64,000 nucleotides of DNA from a virus (Duplodnaviria > Caudoviricetes): positions 4,167 to 68,166 of the IMG/VR virus record IMGVR_UViG_3300028381_000007; one strand, written 5' to 3'. A model generated the notes under the pieces. It had not been told where the DNA came from and ran no database searches. It saw nothing but the letters and a program-made list of their open reading frames with translations. Numbering within the stretch: the stretch's first letter is position 1; every line of letters begins with the position of its first letter. Below are positions 61,137-64,000 of this stretch, in pieces. A program made the position numbers and the translations under genes.

Positions 61137-62650
61137 TTCTTGGCCTTCTTCTTCGTGGTGCCCTTCTTCTTCGCCGCCGAGCCCGACTCCTCGACTGCAG
61201 ACGTCTGGACGGGTGGCGCCACGGCATCCACGATCTTCTTGACGTCGACGCCGAACGCCTTGGCACGCTTGAGGAACTCGCGCGGCGCCTGGTATTCGTA
61301 GCACTCGCCGCGGAGCACCTTGAACGCGGCATGGCGGACCAGGTCCTCCGCCGTGGTCCCGAGCGGCACGAATGAGGTAGTGCTGGCGGCGCCCTTCGGC
61401 ATATTCCAGGGGTCCTCCTGGAGCTGGCCGAGGACGATCTGCGCGAGGAGGCCGGTCGCCTTGGCCGGCGCCTTCTTCACCCGCTCGGCGAGCGCCTCGA
61501 GGATCGCCGGCGCCGCCTTCTTCCACCGCGCCAGCTCGGCCTCATCTCGGGCGTGCTGCTCCCGTTGCTTGCGCTGCTCGATCTCCCAGCGCTGCTCGCC
61601 ACTCTTGCCCTGCTTCGCAGCGCCGGCAGCGCGCGCCTTCCGCTCCTTCTGCTCGGCGCCCCAGTGGGTGGCGCACTTCTCCTTGGCGATGCACACCTTG
61701 AAGGCCTCGCTGCGGCCGGGCCCGATCACGACCACGCCGGTCACCGCATGCTCGCAGCGCTTGTGCTTGCCCGTGCCGTCGGCACGCTTCCAGGAGCGCG
61801 GCCCGAACGTCCGGCCCTCCCGCGCGGCCGGGTCGATGTAGTGCTCGTGAGTGATCGGGACGATCTTCTCGGCCTGCTCCTTGGCCGCGGTCACCGCCCC
61901 GACGGTCTCCGGGAAGAGCATGGGGTCCGCGGCCGCGGCCTGGAAGCGCACGTGCTTGTCGATCCAGGCCTGCAGCTCGCGGACGCTGATGGGCTTCCCG
62001 GGATCCTTCTCGCCGGCGAGCACCGAGACGAGCCGGGTGTCCCGCTCCGGATCCCAGAGGAGCTGCTCGCGCGTGAAGAGACCGCCGTCCGCGTACCCGC
62101 GCTCGGCGGTGCCGATGACCCGCGCCTGGTCCTTCGGCGTGAGGCGGGCCAGCAGTATGGCGTGGCCGGCGGTGATCTTCCCGTCGAAGGAGAGCGCTTG
62201 CGCGGCTTTGGTGAGCCCGAGGAGCTTCATCCGGTCGTAGACGTACTTGACCGACTTGCCGACCCGCTCCGCGATCCGCGCGACGTCGTAGCCGCCGGCG
62301 TCGAGGAGCTGCCGGTAGCCTTCCGCCTCTTCGAGCGGGTGGACGTCCTCGCGCTGGAGGTTCTCGATCGTCAAAATCTCGAGGAACTCCGTGTCGGTCA
62401 TCTCGCGGACGATGGCGGGCACCTCGCCGACGCCGGCGGTCTTGGCGGCGCGGTACCGCCGATGGCCGGCCGCGATCTCGTAGCCGGCCGCATTGGGCCG
62501 CACGAGCAGCGGCGTCAGCACGCCCTTCGTCCGGATGCTCTCCGCGAGCTCGGCGAGCGCCTCGGCGTTGAAGTGCTTCCGCGGGTTGCGCTTGGACTCG
62601 TGCAGGTCGGTGAGGGACAGGACCTGGTAGCCGAGGAGGGCCGTCGTCAT
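61133..62650 (-). CDS. ParB/RepB/Spo0J family protein
   Basis: NPRKHF...LAESIRTKGVLTPLLVR...IAAGHRRYRAA...IENLQREDVHPLEEA. Confidence 0.92.
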   Translation of the reverse strand: MTTALLGYQVLSLTDLHESKRNPRKHFNAEALAELAESIRTKGVLTPLLVRPNAAGYEIAAGHRRYRAAKTAGVGEVPAIVREMTDTEFLEILTIENLQREDVHPLEEAEGYRQLLDAGGYDVARIAERVGKSVKYVYDRMKLLGLTKAAQALSFDGKITAGHAILLARLTPKDQARVIGTAERGYADGGLFTREQLLWDPERDTRLVSVLAGEKDPGKPISVRELQAWIDKHVRFQAAAADPMLFPETVGAVTAAKEQAEKIVPITHEHYIDPAAREGRTFGPRSWKRADGTGKHKRCEHAVTGVVVIGPGRSEAFKVCIAKEKCATHWGAEQKERKARAAGAAKQGKSGEQRWEIEQRKQREQHARDEAELARWKKAAPAILEALAERVKKAPAKATGLLAQIVLGQLQEDPWNMPKGAASTTSFVPLGTTAEDLVRHAAFKVLRGECYEYQAPREFLKRAKAFGVDVKKIVDAVAPPVQTSAVEESGSAAKKKGTTKKKAKK

Positions 62651-62663
62651 GGGTGGGCTCCTG

Positions 62664-63230
62664 TCAGCGCTCGGCGGGGAAGGCCTGGGCGAGCGCCGCC
62701 TTGAGAATGCGGGCGCTGGCCAGCTCGGCCTCGAGCTGCTCGAGCGCGCCGCGGATGGTGGCGATGGGGTCGGCGCCGTTCGGGGCGGCCACGCGGGCCA
62801 CCCCCGTCGTCTTCGGGCGACCTCGTTTCTTGGCCGGGGCGGGCTTCGGCTTCGTCGTGCGAGCGCCCCCCCTGGTGGCCGGCGTGTCCTTCGGACACCC
62901 GGGCCGATGGGCGGTCTTCGGGTGCTTACACCATCCACAGGGCTTGTCGGGGTCGCCCCCGGGGCGCGTGTTCCGCTTGGCCATGGCGGGAACCTCCTTC
63001 GTCGTCGTGGATGGCGCGGGCGGGGCGTCCGCCGGCGGAGAGGGTGGGGGCGGTGTCTCAGCGGGCCCGCGGGCCTCCGCCAGGGCCGCCATCGCGGGCA
63101 CACCGTGCTCGTCGATCAGGTGCGTGGCGATGCCCGTGGCGCCCCCCGTAAAGGGCTTGTAGCACCGCGGGCAGAGGCGGATCGCGGGTGGAGCGGTGGC
63201 GGGCGCCGTGGGAGCGGAGGCGACGCTCAC
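62664..63230 (-). CDS. Zn-finger / AT-hook / coiled-coil protein
   Basis: CPRC...H....H, CGWC.H....H..C, KKRGRPK, C-terminal LEQLEAELAS. Confidence 0.6.
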   Translation of the reverse strand: MSVASAPTAPATAPPAIRLCPRCYKPFTGGATGIATHLIDEHGVPAMAALAEARGPAETPPPPSPPADAPPAPSTTTKEVPAMAKRNTRPGGDPDKPCGWCKHPKTAHRPGCPKDTPATRGGARTTKPKPAPAKKRGRPKTTGVARVAAPNGADPIATIRGALEQLEAELASARILKAALAQAFPAER

Positions 63231-63281
63231 ACGCGTCCTCGTGACTGGGGGTCAATAGGACCGAGGCGGCAATCGCGCGCG

Positions 63282-63553
63282 TGTACCGGTTCCGGAGGCG
63301 TCACCGGTACAACTGTGCGGGTCGTGTACCAGTCTGGGTGGGCCGAGGGTGGAGACTGAGGGCGACAGGAGACAGCCCGGTGGCCTTCAAGTACGCGATT
63401 TAGCGCACAGGCACCTCCGAGCTGTCTTCCGTCTCTGGGTCGCACGGTTCTACCCCAGACCCTCCGGATGTGACATCAACATTCGCTAACTCACGAATTT
63501 CCTTCGCGTGTAGTACCGGCACATCGGCGTCGCTGTCCCGGTCATGTACCGGT
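63282..63553. other. probable intact attP (two arms of integrase arm-type repeats)
   Basis: TGTACCGGT-like 9-mers at 63282, 63303 (inverted), 63325 and at 63512, 63534, 63545, flanking ~180 bp directly downstream of int. Confidence 0.65.
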
Positions 63554-64000
63554 CCCATCACGGCCACTGCGGGCGGCTAGCGTCTTCCGGTGGGCCTCAA
63601 GGCGCTCGAGCCCGGCGCGCTGCCGGGCCAGATCCGCGATGTTGTACCGGAGCGCGACACTCAAGCTCCGGTGCCCGGTGAGCGCCATGGCCGTCGCGAG
63701 GTCCACGCCAGCCATCACGAGATTCCTGTACGCTGTGCGACGAAAATCGTGCGGGATCTTGTCCTCGAGCCCCGCGGCGATCGCGGCGGCTTTCCACTGC
63801 TCCCGGAACCACGTCTCCGAGACCTTCGCGCCCCGGCCTTCCCCGAGGAGCGCCCGCCAGAAGACGTAGGGCGCACCCAGCACCCGGGCGCGGCGCCGGC
63901 GCTCGAGCAGCGCGAGAAACCCCTCCTCGATGATCGGCCGCGTGCGCCCCTCCTTGTTCTTCGAGGTATCCAGCCGCACCGTCCGCTCCCGCAGATCGAT
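63542..64000 (-). CDS. int: tyrosine integrase, C-terminal catalytic part (5'-truncated by window edge)
   Basis: SKNKEGR, PHDFRRT, TGH, catalytic RY. Confidence 0.93.
   Translation of the reverse strand: MDLRERTVRLDTSKNKEGRTRPIIEEGFLALLERRRRARVLGAPYVFWRALLGEGRGAKVSETWFREQWKAAAIAAGLEDKIPHDFRRTAYRNLVMAGVDLATAMALTGHRSLSVALRYNIADLARQRAGLERLEAHRKTLAARSGRDGTGT

Larger units (their letters stand above)
1..64000. mobile_element. temperate tailed phage, near-complete, probably siphovirus-like
   Basis: Complete head, neck, tail, packaging, replication and immunity modules; phage-type genes run off both edges. Confidence 0.95.

Noticed and set aside
63231-63275. Third copy of the switch leader (GCCGCCUCG...CGAGGACGC)
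   Set aside because: Possible SD hairpin, but lacks the CAAGCCCGC strand, GUGGGG and the GACCMU-capped stem.
63395-63462. tRNA fragment at the att core (TAGCGCAC...GGGTCGCACGGTTC)
   Set aside because: Only scattered resemblance to tRNA-Pro; no cloverleaf, canonical T-loop or CCA.
1-64000. Host assignment (e.g. Rokubacteria/Methylomirabilota)
   Set aside because: High GC, a lipoprotein and a few small hypothetical proteins are suggestive only; no host marker gene is present.

Overview
The whole window is one high-GC (about 70%) temperate tailed phage genome, nearly complete and most likely siphovirus-like (905-aa tape measure protein, tail tube protein, no sheath). No host genes are visible. 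Almost all genes are on the minus strand and many are coupled by ATGA/GTGA/TGATG overlaps. From right to left: tyrosine integrase C-terminus with what looks like an intact attP (63282-63553); early/replication block (ParB, DUF5131, RuvC, HerA-like ATPase, DnaB, replisome organiser with iterons) with two inverted cargo genes (SIR2, HEPN-like); terS/terL/portal; a 6.5-kb block (methyltransferase-Maf/MptE fusion plus repeat-rich virion proteins) between portal and head-morphogenesis genes; head, neck and tail genes, including a non-canonical sulfatase; SleB-type lysin; a lysis/secreted-protein cassette with an M11 metalloprotease; a lower-GC cargo block with a DNA methyltransferase-Mrr fusion; the repressor/cro switch; and an early leftward operon (Cys-rich micro-ORFs, PD-(D/E)XK nuclease, DHH phosphoesterase running off the left edge). 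The most striking unexplained signal is a structured ~80-90 nt leader present twice, before the major capsid gene and before the first gene of the putative lysis cassette. It has a covarying hairpin with a GACC(C/A)U loop and two mutually exclusive folds that hide or expose the Shine-Dalgarno site. All protein family calls come from motifs recognised by eye; no database searches were run.
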